Notes: generated by a model from the letters alone, not told the origin. A stretch of DNA of 29,129 bases from Bacteroidaceae bacterium (GCA_028709135.1 JAQVXN010000001.1:1-29129); one strand, 5' to 3'; positions 9,002 to 17,035 are shown, numbered from the stretch's first letter. Translations and numbers: made by a program.

Positions 9002-9103
9002 AATATTTCTCCAAAAACGATCAAAAAGTTGTACTTCAGGTTCTTTTTCACCAAATTTTCTTCACGTTCCCAAAGAATATCCAAGCTATTTTTTCTTTCA
9101 GCA

Positions 9104-9745
9104 TCAGATATAATAATCGGAAGCATCCATCAATCCTGCTCGCAAGGCATATTTTGTAGCCTCATAAGCCGTATTCACATCCAATTTGCGAAAAATATTC
9201 TTACGGTGCGTGTTTACTGTATGGAAACTAGAACAACGTTCCGCTGCTATTTCCTTGGTAGTTTTACCTGCTGCAATGCCTTTCAGAATTTCTATTTCAG
9301 TTTTTGTCAGAGCCACTAGACTCGAAACATCGTGGCTCGACAAAGACAACAATTGCTCCGTTGTAAGCCGGCACAAATAACGTTCATGGCGAATAGCCAA
9401 TCGCAAAGCTTCCTCTATTTCGTTTATACTACTATTTTTACTTACAATACTGAAACTCCCACCTTCTGCAACAATCTGACGAACAAAATCGTCTGCCAAT
9501 TCATCACTGAACAAGACCCATTGAACCTGAGGGAAACGTAAATGAGTCACCGTAACAGCATTGATATCTTCAAAATCAAACAGCGCATAGTCCACCACCA
9601 CAACAGCCTCACCAACATGTTGAAGAACACTGACCAATTGCGTCTTCCCCGAAACGAATCTAATCTCCGCTTCCGGTATCTTTTTACAAACCGTTTCCAT
9701 CCCGATACGACTTATATCCTGATTGTCTGCTAATATAAACAGCAT
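9104..9745 (-). CDS. NarL/LuxR-family DNA-binding response regulator
   Basis: REC domain (ADNQD, VVVVDY, LFSD, VSKN) plus LuxR HTH (LTKTEIEILKGIAAGKTTKEIA...TVNTHRKNIFRKL). Confidence 0.92.
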   Translation of the reverse strand: MLFILADNQDISRIGMETVCKKIPEAEIRFVSGKTQLVSVLQHVGEAVVVVDYALFDFEDINAVTVTHLRFPQVQWVLFSDELADDFVRQIVAEGGSFSIVSKNSSINEIEEALRLAIRHERYLCRLTTEQLLSLSSHDVSSLVALTKTEIEILKGIAAGKTTKEIAAERCSSFHTVNTHRKNIFRKLDVNTAYEATKYALRAGLMDASDYYI

Positions 9746-9754
9746 AATTCGTTA

Positions 9755-9762
9755 CAAAAATA
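9755..9762 (-). promoter_or_regulatory. -7 promoter element for the response regulator
   Basis: TATTTTTG on the minus strand just upstream of the ATG at 9745. Confidence 0.55.
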
Positions 9763-9861
9763 CGATTTTTAAATCAAAATCGTATCGAACTAAAAGAAAA
9801 GTCCGCCCATCAAAAAAATGACAGGCAAACTTCCCTTAGATTGACAAAAAATACGTTCTAT

Positions 9862-10809
9862 TTAGAGAGGATATTCATCAAAAGCATAAAGAACCGTCGT
9901 CAAATAACGTTCACCTGTATCTGGAAGCAAGGCAACAATTTTCTTACCTTTATTCTCAGGCCGCTGCGCCAACAACTGAGCAGCATAAAGAGCAGCACCA
10001 GAAGAAATGCCAACAAGCAGACCTTCCATACTGGCTAATTCGCGGCTTGCACGAATGGCGTCATCATTCTCAATATCCATCACTTCGTCAATGACGTTTT
10101 TATCATAAATTTTAGGCACAAAATTGGCGCCAATTCCTTGAATTTTGTGTGGGCCACTTACTCCCTTTGTCAGCATCGGCGAAGAAGCAGGTTCCACTGC
10201 CACAATTTTTACATGAGGGTTTTTCTCCTTCAATTTACGACCTGTACCACTGACCGTACCGCCAGTACCTACGCCAGCCACAAAAATATCTACTTCACCA
10301 TCCGTATCACGCCAAATTTCTTCTCCCGTCGTCTCATAATGAATTTCTGGATTCGAAGGATTTTCAAATTGCTGCAAAATGACGGAACCTTTAATTTCGT
10401 TACGCAACTGATTCGCTTTGTCAATGGCACCTTTCATGCCGTCAGCACCCGGAGTAAGCTCTACACGAGCACCATAAGCCTTTACCAGATTGCGGCGTTC
10501 AATACTCATGCTGTCAGGCATCGTGAGTATCAGATGGTAACCTCTTACGGCAGAGACAAAGGCCAAACCAACTCCGGTATTCCCGCTCGTAGGTTCTATA
10601 ATTGTAGCTCCCGGTTTCAAGATACCTTTTTTCTCGGCATCCAAAATCATGGCGTAAGCTACACGATCTTTTACGCTACCGGCAGGATTAAAATATTCCA
10701 GCTTGGCAATAATATGCGCATTTAGCTTTTTTTGTTTCTCAAAAGAAGTCAACTCCAACAAAGGAGTGTTACCGATCAATTCGGTGAGTTGTTTTGCAAT
10801 CTTAGACAT
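9862..10809 (-). CDS. cysK: Cysteine synthase A (O-acetylserine sulfhydrylase)
   Basis: NPAGSVKDR (PLP Lys), TSGNTG, GTGGT, HKIQGIG and GERYL motifs. Confidence 0.97.
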   Translation of the reverse strand: MSKIAKQLTELIGNTPLLELTSFEKQKKLNAHIIAKLEYFNPAGSVKDRVAYAMILDAEKKGILKPGATIIEPTSGNTGVGLAFVSAVRGYHLILTMPDSMSIERRNLVKAYGARVELTPGADGMKGAIDKANQLRNEIKGSVILQQFENPSNPEIHYETTGEEIWRDTDGEVDIFVAGVGTGGTVSGTGRKLKEKNPHVKIVAVEPASSPMLTKGVSGPHKIQGIGANFVPKIYDKNVIDEVMDIENDDAIRASRELASMEGLLVGISSGAALYAAQLLAQRPENKGKKIVALLPDTGERYLTTVLYAFDEYPL

Positions 10810-10849
10810 GATGAATTATTTTGAGGGTTAATTTTATTTGGAAAATTCT

Positions 10850-12133
10850 TTATTTCACGGCATCAAAAGCCTGCTGCAGATCGTCGATAATATCGTCAAT
10901 GTGCTCCGTTCCAATACTTAATCGGATCGTATTGCGATGAATGCCCTGTTCTTCAAGTTCTTCAGTAGAAAGTTGTGAATGCGTAGTGGAAGCCGGGTGA
11001 ATGACGAGGCTCTTCACGTCAGCTACATTCGCCAATAGTGAAAATATTTTAAGATGGTCGATCCATGCCTGAGCCTTTTTTTCATCACCTTTGATTTCAA
11101 AAGTAAAAATAGAACCGGCCCCGTTTGGAAAATAACGTTTGTATAATTCATGATTCGGATGTTCCGGCAAAGAAGGATGATGAATAGCTTCCACTTGAGG
11201 ATTATGCTTCAAATATTCTACCACTTTCAAAGCATTTTGAACATGACGTTCTACACGCAGCGACAACGTTTCGAGTCCCTGCAACAAAATCCATGCATTA
11301 AAAGGCGACAGCGTAGCACCCGTATCGCGAAGAAGCAATGCACGAATGCGCGTCACAAAAGGTGCGGGAACATCAGCAAATTTGAGACCGTGGTAACTAG
11401 GATCTGGCTCCGTAAATTGAGGAAACTTCTTACTGTTTTTCCAATCAAAAGTGCCCCCGTCAACAATGACGCCACCCAAACTACTGCCATGGCCACCAAT
11501 AAATTTCGTTGCAGAATGTACCACAACATCAGCGCCGTGCTCAATGGGACGTATTAAATAAGGAGTACCAAAAGTATTGTCAATCACCAAAGGAATGCCA
11601 TGACGATGAGCGATCTCCGCAGTGGCCTCAATGTCAATAATATTTGAATTCGGATTACCCAACGTTTCGATATAAATCAGTTTAGTATTGGGACGTATGG
11701 ACTTTTCAAAGGCTTGTAAATCATCAGGATCCACAAACGTTGTTTGGATGCCAAAACGTTTCAATGTATGTGCCAATAAATTATACGTGCCTCCATAAAT
11801 TGTTTTGGCAGCAACCACATGATCACCTTCATTGGCTATGTTTTCAATGGCATAAGTAACAGCAGCAGCACCCGAGGCAACAGCCAAGCCTGCTACACCG
11901 CCTTCCAAGGCAGCTACACGTTTTTCAAACACCCCTTCTGTAGAATTTGTCAGACGACCATAAATATTGCCGGCATCACGCAGGCCAAAACGGTCAGCAG
12001 CATGTTGCGAATTGCGAAATACATACGAGGTCGTTTGATAGATTGGCACCGCGCGCGCATCTGTTGCGGAATCCGGCTGCTCCTGACCTACATGGAGTTG
12101 CAAAGTCTCAAAATGTAATTTTCTTGTTGCCAT
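10850..12133 (-). CDS. metY: O-acetylhomoserine aminocarboxypropyltransferase / sulfhydrylase
   Basis: [28 protein letters not shown] (PLP Lys) and IRLSIG motifs. Confidence 0.95.
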   Translation of the reverse strand: MATRKLHFETLQLHVGQEQPDSATDARAVPIYQTTSYVFRNSQHAADRFGLRDAGNIYGRLTNSTEGVFEKRVAALEGGVAGLAVASGAAAVTYAIENIANEGDHVVAAKTIYGGTYNLLAHTLKRFGIQTTFVDPDDLQAFEKSIRPNTKLIYIETLGNPNSNIIDIEATAEIAHRHGIPLVIDNTFGTPYLIRPIEHGADVVVHSATKFIGGHGSSLGGVIVDGGTFDWKNSKKFPQFTEPDPSYHGLKFADVPAPFVTRIRALLLRDTGATLSPFNAWILLQGLETLSLRVERHVQNALKVVEYLKHNPQVEAIHHPSLPEHPNHELYKRYFPNGAGSIFTFEIKGDEKKAQAWIDHLKIFSLLANVADVKSLVIHPASTTHSQLSTEELEEQGIHRNTIRLSIGTEHIDDIIDDLQQAFDAVK

Positions 12134-12179
12134 TTTTGTATAATTTTAATGGGTAAGTTATTTCTATTTGTTTGTAGTG

Positions 12180-12210
12180 CAAAGGTAGACACTTTCGGCT
12201 CATGCTGCAA
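12180..12210 (-). promoter_or_regulatory. Promoter for metY-cysK
   Basis: Minus strand TTG (12210-12208), 20-nt spacer, TACCTTTG (12187-12180). Confidence 0.7.
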
Positions 12211-12374
12211 TACCATATGAACGTCATTTTGCATACCATCATCGTGGTATTTTTATACTCTTTGCCAAACGAACAGTTTGACAAGCCATTAAAACGTATA
12301 TTTCATAAAAAACGCCCTCAACCGGGGAGAAAAAAGAAAAAGTACTAACTCTGTAAACAAAACCTGCTGTAGAC

Positions 12375-12711
12375 ATGAAAAGACACACCTTATTAATTAT
12401 TGTACTCACTACACTCATGGCGATGTCCGTTATTAAAACTCACGCAAAAGCAGACCGTTTGGTGACAATGTCGGAAATGAACATACAAAAATCCTGGATA
12501 AAGTCGCACTTCACGATCAACAAAGATCGATTGCCATTTTGAAAAAGAATCATTTTCGGGAGAGCAACTCATGAAATACGGTCTGCCACTTACCATTAAC
12601 GACAAACGCAGCTCCGCCATACTCACATACAAACAAAAAAACTCAAATAACCATTCTTCACCATTCCACAGAATTATCACTTCGCAAATACCTCTGTATC
12701 AAGGGCTCTGA
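12375..12711 (+). pseudogene. Internally deleted secreted glycoside hydrolase, probably a GH36-type alpha-galactosidase
   Basis: 12375-12542 encodes MKRHTLLIIVLTTLMAMSVIKTHAK-ADRLVTMSEMNIQKSWIKSHFTINKDRLPF* (signal peptide plus N-terminus). From 12541 another frame reads EKESFSGEQLMKYGLPLTINDKRSSAILTYK, like the extreme C-terminal strands (SGxxLMxxGLxxxI...AILTYK) of Bacteroidetes alpha-galactosidases. No catalytic core lies between them. Confidence 0.6.
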
Positions 12712-12835
12712 AATGCTAAAAACAAATCACAACATCTTTCAAAATTATCTTGTCACAAGAAAAAAATTATTTGACTTATTTTCCACGAAATCCCACATTT
12801 TTTAGTTCAGTCAATAAAGTTGGGGATTTAACAAA

Positions 12836-12955
12836 ACGCAGTTATTAGAAATCGCCCATTTAATGCTTCCGTCGGAATTCATGACTTATTTCAAGATAAC
12901 TAACTTAGAATCCAACTCAGAAAAAGGATGGATTCGTTTAGCATTAAAAATTTAG
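12836..12955 (+). pseudogene. Possible remnant of an ISAon1/ISL3-type transposase N-terminal region
   Basis: TQLLEIAHLMLPSEFMTYFKITNLESNSEKGWIRLALKI* directly inside the left IR resembles the L..A.L.LP.E...YF.I..ES pattern I recall for this family. No start codon. Confidence 0.4.
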
Positions 12956-13179
12956 GTTACAACAGATGCTACGGGCCTCCACATCAATCTGCCACCACGA
13001 ATTTTAAATATTTCAATCACATGCCCTATTTTTAAAACAGCATTATATCAGTCAGGACTTTAATCAGGCAGAAACATTTTACCTCGTAGGGTCTTTGATA
13101 CACTTGATATATTTCTTTATTTGACTGAAATTCTATCTGGATATCGCGTTCTAAATGAAAAGTTACGTCTTATTCTATG

Positions 13180-13258
13180 TGACGCGGTGTGTTTCTTTTG
13201 TGACGCGACGCGTTTTTTTCATGACGCACTGCGTTTCTTTTGTGACGCACTGCGTCAC
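13180..13258. repeat. Tandem array of 21-bp pseudo-palindromic repeats (3 full units plus 1 terminal palindrome)
   Basis: Units start at 13180, 13201, 13222 and 13243: TGACGCggtGTGTttcttttg, TGACGCgacGCGTttttttca, TGACGCactGCGTttcttttg, TGACGCactGCGTCAc. Confidence 0.95.
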
Positions 13259-13467
13259 CAACTTTGATTGAGCATGTAAAAATTAGAAAAACACGATGGA
13301 AGGAATTCTTTGAAAGCAACGAGTTTATTTTACGTTCTGAGCACTGAATCGGAACAATTTGTTAAATCCCCAACCTTACTGACTGGGCCCATTTTTTTCG
13401 TCCCCTGTGTAACTTGATTTTCAATATGAATAAAAAAGCCCATTGCAAGAAAAGAAAGCACTTAACA

Positions 13468-13499
13468 CTTGCATCAAAGAAGAAAAAGTATTAACTTTG
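13468..13499 (+). promoter_or_regulatory. Promoter for tRNA-Ser
   Basis: CTTG (13468-13471), 20-nt spacer, TAACTTTG (13492-13499). Confidence 0.7.
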
Positions 13500-13539
13500 C
13501 ATCCGTTTTCAAGAAAACCTTTTTGAAACATTCAACCAA

Positions 13540-13627
13540 GGAAAGATGCTCGAGTGGTTGAAGAGGCACGCCTGGAAAGCGTGTAAACCCCTAAAGGGTT
13601 TCCGGGGTTCGAATCCCCGCCTTTCCG
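13540..13627 (+). tRNA. tRNA-Ser(GGA)
   Basis: Cloverleaf with anticodon arm CACGC-CTGGAAA-GCGTG, long variable arm AAACCC/GGGTTT, T-arm CGGGG-TTCGAAT-CCCCG and discriminator G. CCA is not encoded. Confidence 0.97.
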
Positions 13628-13636
13628 CTTAAAATA

Positions 13637-13667
13637 AGACCTTTTTATCACATTGGTAAAAAGGTCT
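13637..13667. terminator. Bidirectional terminator between tRNA-Ser and the GT2 gene
   Basis: AGACCTTTTTA...TAAAAAGGTCT 11-bp stem, with AAAATA before and ATTATTTT after. Confidence 0.7.
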
Positions 13668-13668
13668 A

Positions 13669-14430
13669 TTATTTTGCTTGTCTAATAAAATATTGAAACA
13701 ATTTCGGGAAGATACGCATCACGGGATAAAAGACAGGATAATATAAGTGATTGATCTTAAACGCACGACGGCACTGTTTGATACCTTGAAAAACCACCTG
13801 CAAATTTTTGGAAGTAGCTCCACCCGTTCGCATTTTTACCATCACCAAATTCAGATGACGTGTATAAATATGATAACGCTCATACAATCTCAACATCAAT
13901 TCAAAATCCGCAGAAAGCGTAAAAGAAGTATTAAAACCTCCACTTCTCAGGAAAACTTCTTTTTTCAAATATAATGTGGGATGAGCCGGATGCCATCCAC
14001 GTGAAAAGGCACCGGGCCTATACTCTTTCGTTTTCCAATAACGTATGACTTTATCCGTATGAACAGGATCCACATAATAGAGGTCTCCATGAACACCATC
14101 CAAACCGGGTTCTCTCTTAAAAGCACCCGCAACCTCTGAAATAATATGATTGGAAGCAAAGAAATCATCTGCATTCAAGAGCCCCAAAACTTCCCCTGTA
14201 GCCATTTTAACACCTTTGTTCATGGCATCATATATGCCTTTATCCGGTTCAGAAATCAAAACATTGATTCGATTCTTATAGTGGCTTAAAATCTCTAATG
14301 TTCCATCATTGCTGCCTCCGTCTATTACCACATATTCTATATCCGGGTAATCTTGCGAAAGAACGCTTTTGATAGTGTTTTCAAGCGTTTTAGCACAATT
14401 GTATGTAACTGTAATAATTGAAATCTTCAT
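13669..14430 (-). CDS. GT2 family glycosyltransferase (WcaE-like)
   Basis: MKISIITVTYN, IDGGSNDGT, GIYDAMNKG, LNADD and HPAHP motifs. Start 14430 is preferred over 14478, which overlaps mlaF. Confidence 0.93.
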   Translation of the reverse strand: MKISIITVTYNCAKTLENTIKSVLSQDYPDIEYVVIDGGSNDGTLEILSHYKNRINVLISEPDKGIYDAMNKGVKMATGEVLGLLNADDFFASNHIISEVAGAFKREPGLDGVHGDLYYVDPVHTDKVIRYWKTKEYRPGAFSRGWHPAHPTLYLKKEVFLRSGGFNTSFTLSADFELMLRLYERYHIYTRHLNLVMVKMRTGGATSKNLQVVFQGIKQCRRAFKINHLYYPVFYPVMRIFPKLFQYFIRQAK

Positions 14431-14455
14431 AAATAAGTTTGTCGTGGCTTTTTTA

Positions 14456-15226
14456 TTACTGCAGTTCGTTTTCTTCAATATTCTTCTTCATTTGTTTACT
14501 GAAATCGGAAGCAAAGATAAAATCATTTAAACGCTGATTTTTAGAAGTTAGAATTTCTTTATTTGTACCTTGCCATTCCTTATTACCCTTATATATAAAC
14601 AAAATATTTTCACCTATATCCATTACCGAATTCATATCGTGTGTATTCACGATAGTAGTCATACTGTTTTCCACTGTAATTTCGTGAATCAACTGGTCAA
14701 TTACTATAGATGTCTTGGGATCAAGGCCAGAATTAGGCTCATCGCAAAAAAGATACTTAGGCTTCATCGAAATAGCCCTCGCAATAGCAGCACGTTTTTG
14801 CATGCCACCACTAAGTTCTGCAGGCAATTTGTTCTGTGCCTCTACTAGATTCACACGATCCAAACAATCCAGAGCCCGTTTTTTGCGTTCTTTCAGCGAC
14901 AGAGTAGAAAACATATCAAGTGGAAACATTACATTTTCAAGAACCGTAAGTGAATCAAATAAGGCAGAACTTTGAAAAAGCATGCCCATTTCGCGTCGCA
15001 GTTGCGTGCGTTCATTTTTATTCATTTTTACGAAGTCGCGACCATCATAAAGGACCTCTCCCACTGTAGGCTCCAATAGGCCAACAACGCAATTCATCAG
15101 CACAGTTTTACCAGACCCACTCTGACCTATTATCAGATTTGTTTTGCCATCAAAAAAAGTACAATTAATATTGTGCAGAACCTTTTTATCAGGAAACTCT
15201 TTGCTCAAGGATTTTATTTCTATCAT
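14456..15226 (-). CDS. mlaF: ABC transporter ATP-binding protein, MlaF/Mkl type
   Basis: GQSGSGKT, LFQSSALFDS, LSGGMQKR and DEPNSGLDP motifs. Confidence 0.9.
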   Translation of the reverse strand: MIEIKSLSKEFPDKKVLHNINCTFFDGKTNLIIGQSGSGKTVLMNCVVGLLEPTVGEVLYDGRDFVKMNKNERTQLRREMGMLFQSSALFDSLTVLENVMFPLDMFSTLSLKERKKRALDCLDRVNLVEAQNKLPAELSGGMQKRAAIARAISMKPKYLFCDEPNSGLDPKTSIVIDQLIHEITVENSMTTIVNTHDMNSVMDIGENILFIYKGNKEWQGTNKEILTSKNQRLNDFIFASDFSKQMKKNIEENELQ

Positions 15227-15973
15227 TTACGAAAGCATTTCTGTTAGAAAAATATCGGAGAACAAGATCAGCACACTGCTCGAAACAACTGCATTTGTAC
15301 TGGCTTTTCCAACTTCTATGGAACCTCCTTTCACGTAGTAGCCGTAATAAGAAGACACACTGGCAATAATAAAGGCAAAAAAGATAGACTTCACCACACC
15401 CATCCAAAAAAACCACTGCGTAAAATCGTGCTGCATGCCCGCTGTCAAATCAGCCGGTGTAATAATGTGACCTATATAAGCCGTAGCATAGGCCCCAACA
15501 ATACCAGATGCGACACTAAATGTGACCAGAATAGGTATCATGGTGACAATGGCCAGAATTTTAGGTAAAATCAGAAAATTAGCAGAGTTAACTCCCATAA
15601 TCTCAAGTGCATCTATTTGCTGTGTAACCCGCATAGTGCCTAGTTCCGAAGCAATATTGGACCCAATCTTTCCAGACAAAATAAGGCACATGATGGAGGA
15701 GGAAAATTCCAGTAACATGATTTCGCGCGTCGTATAACCGGACACCCATAACGGCATCCAAGGGCTCTGCACATTCACCTTGATTTGAATACAAATAACA
15801 GCACCGATAAAAAAAGAAATCAGTAGGACGATTCCGATTGAATTAATGCCCAACTGATATATCTCCCTGTAATAATTTTTGAAAAACATCTTCATACGTT
15901 CAGGACGTTGAAAAGTACGCCCCATCAAGCACAGATATCTTCCTAAAGAATATAAGAATTTATATACCAGCAT
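15227..15973 (-). CDS. mlaE: MlaE-family ABC permease
   Basis: SELGTMRVTQQIDALEIMG and VGKASTNAVV motifs; directly abuts mlaF. Confidence 0.92.
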   Translation of the reverse strand: MLVYKFLYSLGRYLCLMGRTFQRPERMKMFFKNYYREIYQLGINSIGIVLLISFFIGAVICIQIKVNVQSPWMPLWVSGYTTREIMLLEFSSSIMCLILSGKIGSNIASELGTMRVTQQIDALEIMGVNSANFLILPKILAIVTMIPILVTFSVASGIVGAYATAYIGHIITPADLTAGMQHDFTQWFFWMGVVKSIFFAFIIASVSSYYGYYVKGGSIEVGKASTNAVVSSSVLILFSDIFLTEMLS

Positions 15974-16074
15974 CTTCTTATTAACCTATTTCTTTATTAC
16001 TCAAATCCAGACCAATAAAGTTATCCGGATACACATTTTCATAACAGCACAACAAATGCACTGTCTATTTACTG

Positions 16075-16082
16075 CAAATGTA
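16075..16082 (-). promoter_or_regulatory. -7 element for mlaE-mlaF-GT2
   Basis: TACATTTG on the minus strand. Confidence 0.5.
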
Positions 16083-16153
16083 GCAAAAACATTAGGATTT
16101 CTCTTTAAATTCAAAAACTTTTTGCTTTAGTCCTTTATTAAATTCAAAATCAT

Positions 16154-16161
16154 TACTTTTG
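16154..16161 (+). promoter_or_regulatory. -7 element for lptB
   Basis: TACTTTTG, 32 nt upstream of ATG 16194. Confidence 0.6.
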
Positions 16162-16193
16162 CGGAAATAATCAGAAGAGTTACAGGGGACATC

Positions 16194-16991
16194 ATGGATA
16201 CGACCGAGAATAAAGGACAAAACAAGATGACACTTCGTGCGGAGCATCTTGTAAAAAAATATGGCAAACGCACTGTAGTCAACGATGTTAACTACGAAGT
16301 AAAGCAGGGCGAAATTGTCGGATTACTTGGTCCCAATGGCGCTGGAAAGACTACCTCTTTCTATATGACCACAGGACTTATTGTACCTAATGGAGGTAAA
16401 ATATTTTTGGACAATCATGATATCACCACAGCACCTGTTTATAAACGGGCACGCCACGGCATAGCCTATTTGGCGCAAGAGGCTTCGGTATTCCGTAAAA
16501 TGACCGTAGAAGACAATATTGCCTCTATTCTGGAAATGACAGGAAAGCCCAAAGCCTATCAACGCGAAAAGTTAGAAAGTCTGATCTCAGAATTCAGACT
16601 TGAGAAAGTCCGTAAGAACTTAGGTGACCGTCTTTCAGGAGGAGAACGACGCAGAACAGAAATTGCACGTTGTTTGGCCATTGACCCTAAATTCATTATG
16701 CTAGACGAACCTTTTGCCGGCGTAGATCCCATTGCAGTGGAAGACATTCAGCGTATTGTCTGGAAATTAAAATATCGCAACATAGGTATTCTCATCACGG
16801 ATCATAATGTTGAAGAGACTCTTTGCATTACAGACCGCGCCTATCTGCTCTTTGAAGGACGCATCCTTTTTCAAGGTTCGCCTGAAGAATTGGCGTCCAA
16901 TCAGATCGTGCGCGAAAAATACCTCACGACAAGTTTTGTGCTCCGCAAAAAAGATTTTTCTTCCCTACAAGAGGATGAAGAAGAAAATTAA
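16194..16991 (+). CDS. lptB: LPS export ABC transporter ATP-binding protein
   Basis: GPNGAGKTT, YLAQEASVFRK, LSGGERRR, LDEPFAGVDP and ITDHNV motifs. Alternative start at 16227. Confidence 0.95.
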   Translation: MDTTENKGQNKMTLRAEHLVKKYGKRTVVNDVNYEVKQGEIVGLLGPNGAGKTTSFYMTTGLIVPNGGKIFLDNHDITTAPVYKRARHGIAYLAQEASVFRKMTVEDNIASILEMTGKPKAYQREKLESLISEFRLEKVRKNLGDRLSGGERRRTEIARCLAIDPKFIMLDEPFAGVDPIAVEDIQRIVWKLKYRNIGILITDHNVEETLCITDRAYLLFEGRILFQGSPEELASNQIVREKYLTTSFVLRKKDFSSLQEDEEEN

Positions 16992-17035
16992 ATTTCTATA
17001 TTTCCACAAAAGAATCTTTTCTTCATAATTATTTT

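Larger units (their letters stand above)
12804..13389. mobile_element. 586-bp non-autonomous (MITE-like/internally deleted) IS element, ISL3/ISAon1-like
   Basis: 32-bp terminal inverted repeats 12804-12835 and 13358-13389 (27/32 identical, all five mismatches are transitions). Flanked by the exact 8-bp direct repeat CATTTTTT (12796-12803 and 13390-13397). Confidence 0.8.

Noticed and set aside
10138-10725. 195-aa antisense ORF in cysK, and similar antisense ORFs in nrdD, metY, meaB, xth and the barrel gene
   Set aside because: All lie fully within well-supported genes and have no motifs; they are typical shadow ORFs.
12134-12180. SAM or T-box riboswitch for metY
   Set aside because: The leader is only ~40 nt of AT-rich sequence with no aptamer hallmarks.
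12393-12680. 95-aa minus-strand ORF from the ORF track
   Set aside because: It is the shadow of the + strand hydrolase remnant and has no recognisable motifs.
13180-13258. CRISPR array
   Set aside because: The repeats are directly adjacent with a 21-bp period, there are no unique spacers, and there are no cas genes in the window.
13060-13270. Open frames through the repeat array giving 7-aa repeats (CDALRFF or TQCVTKE)
   Set aside because: There is no start codon or initiation context, and the periodicity follows trivially from the 21-bp DNA unit.
13540-13670. tRNA-Ser as an integration site of a genomic island
   Set aside because: I saw no duplicated tRNA 3' end (attR) and no integrase. 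A terminator follows the tRNA directly, and the relics lie on its 5' side.
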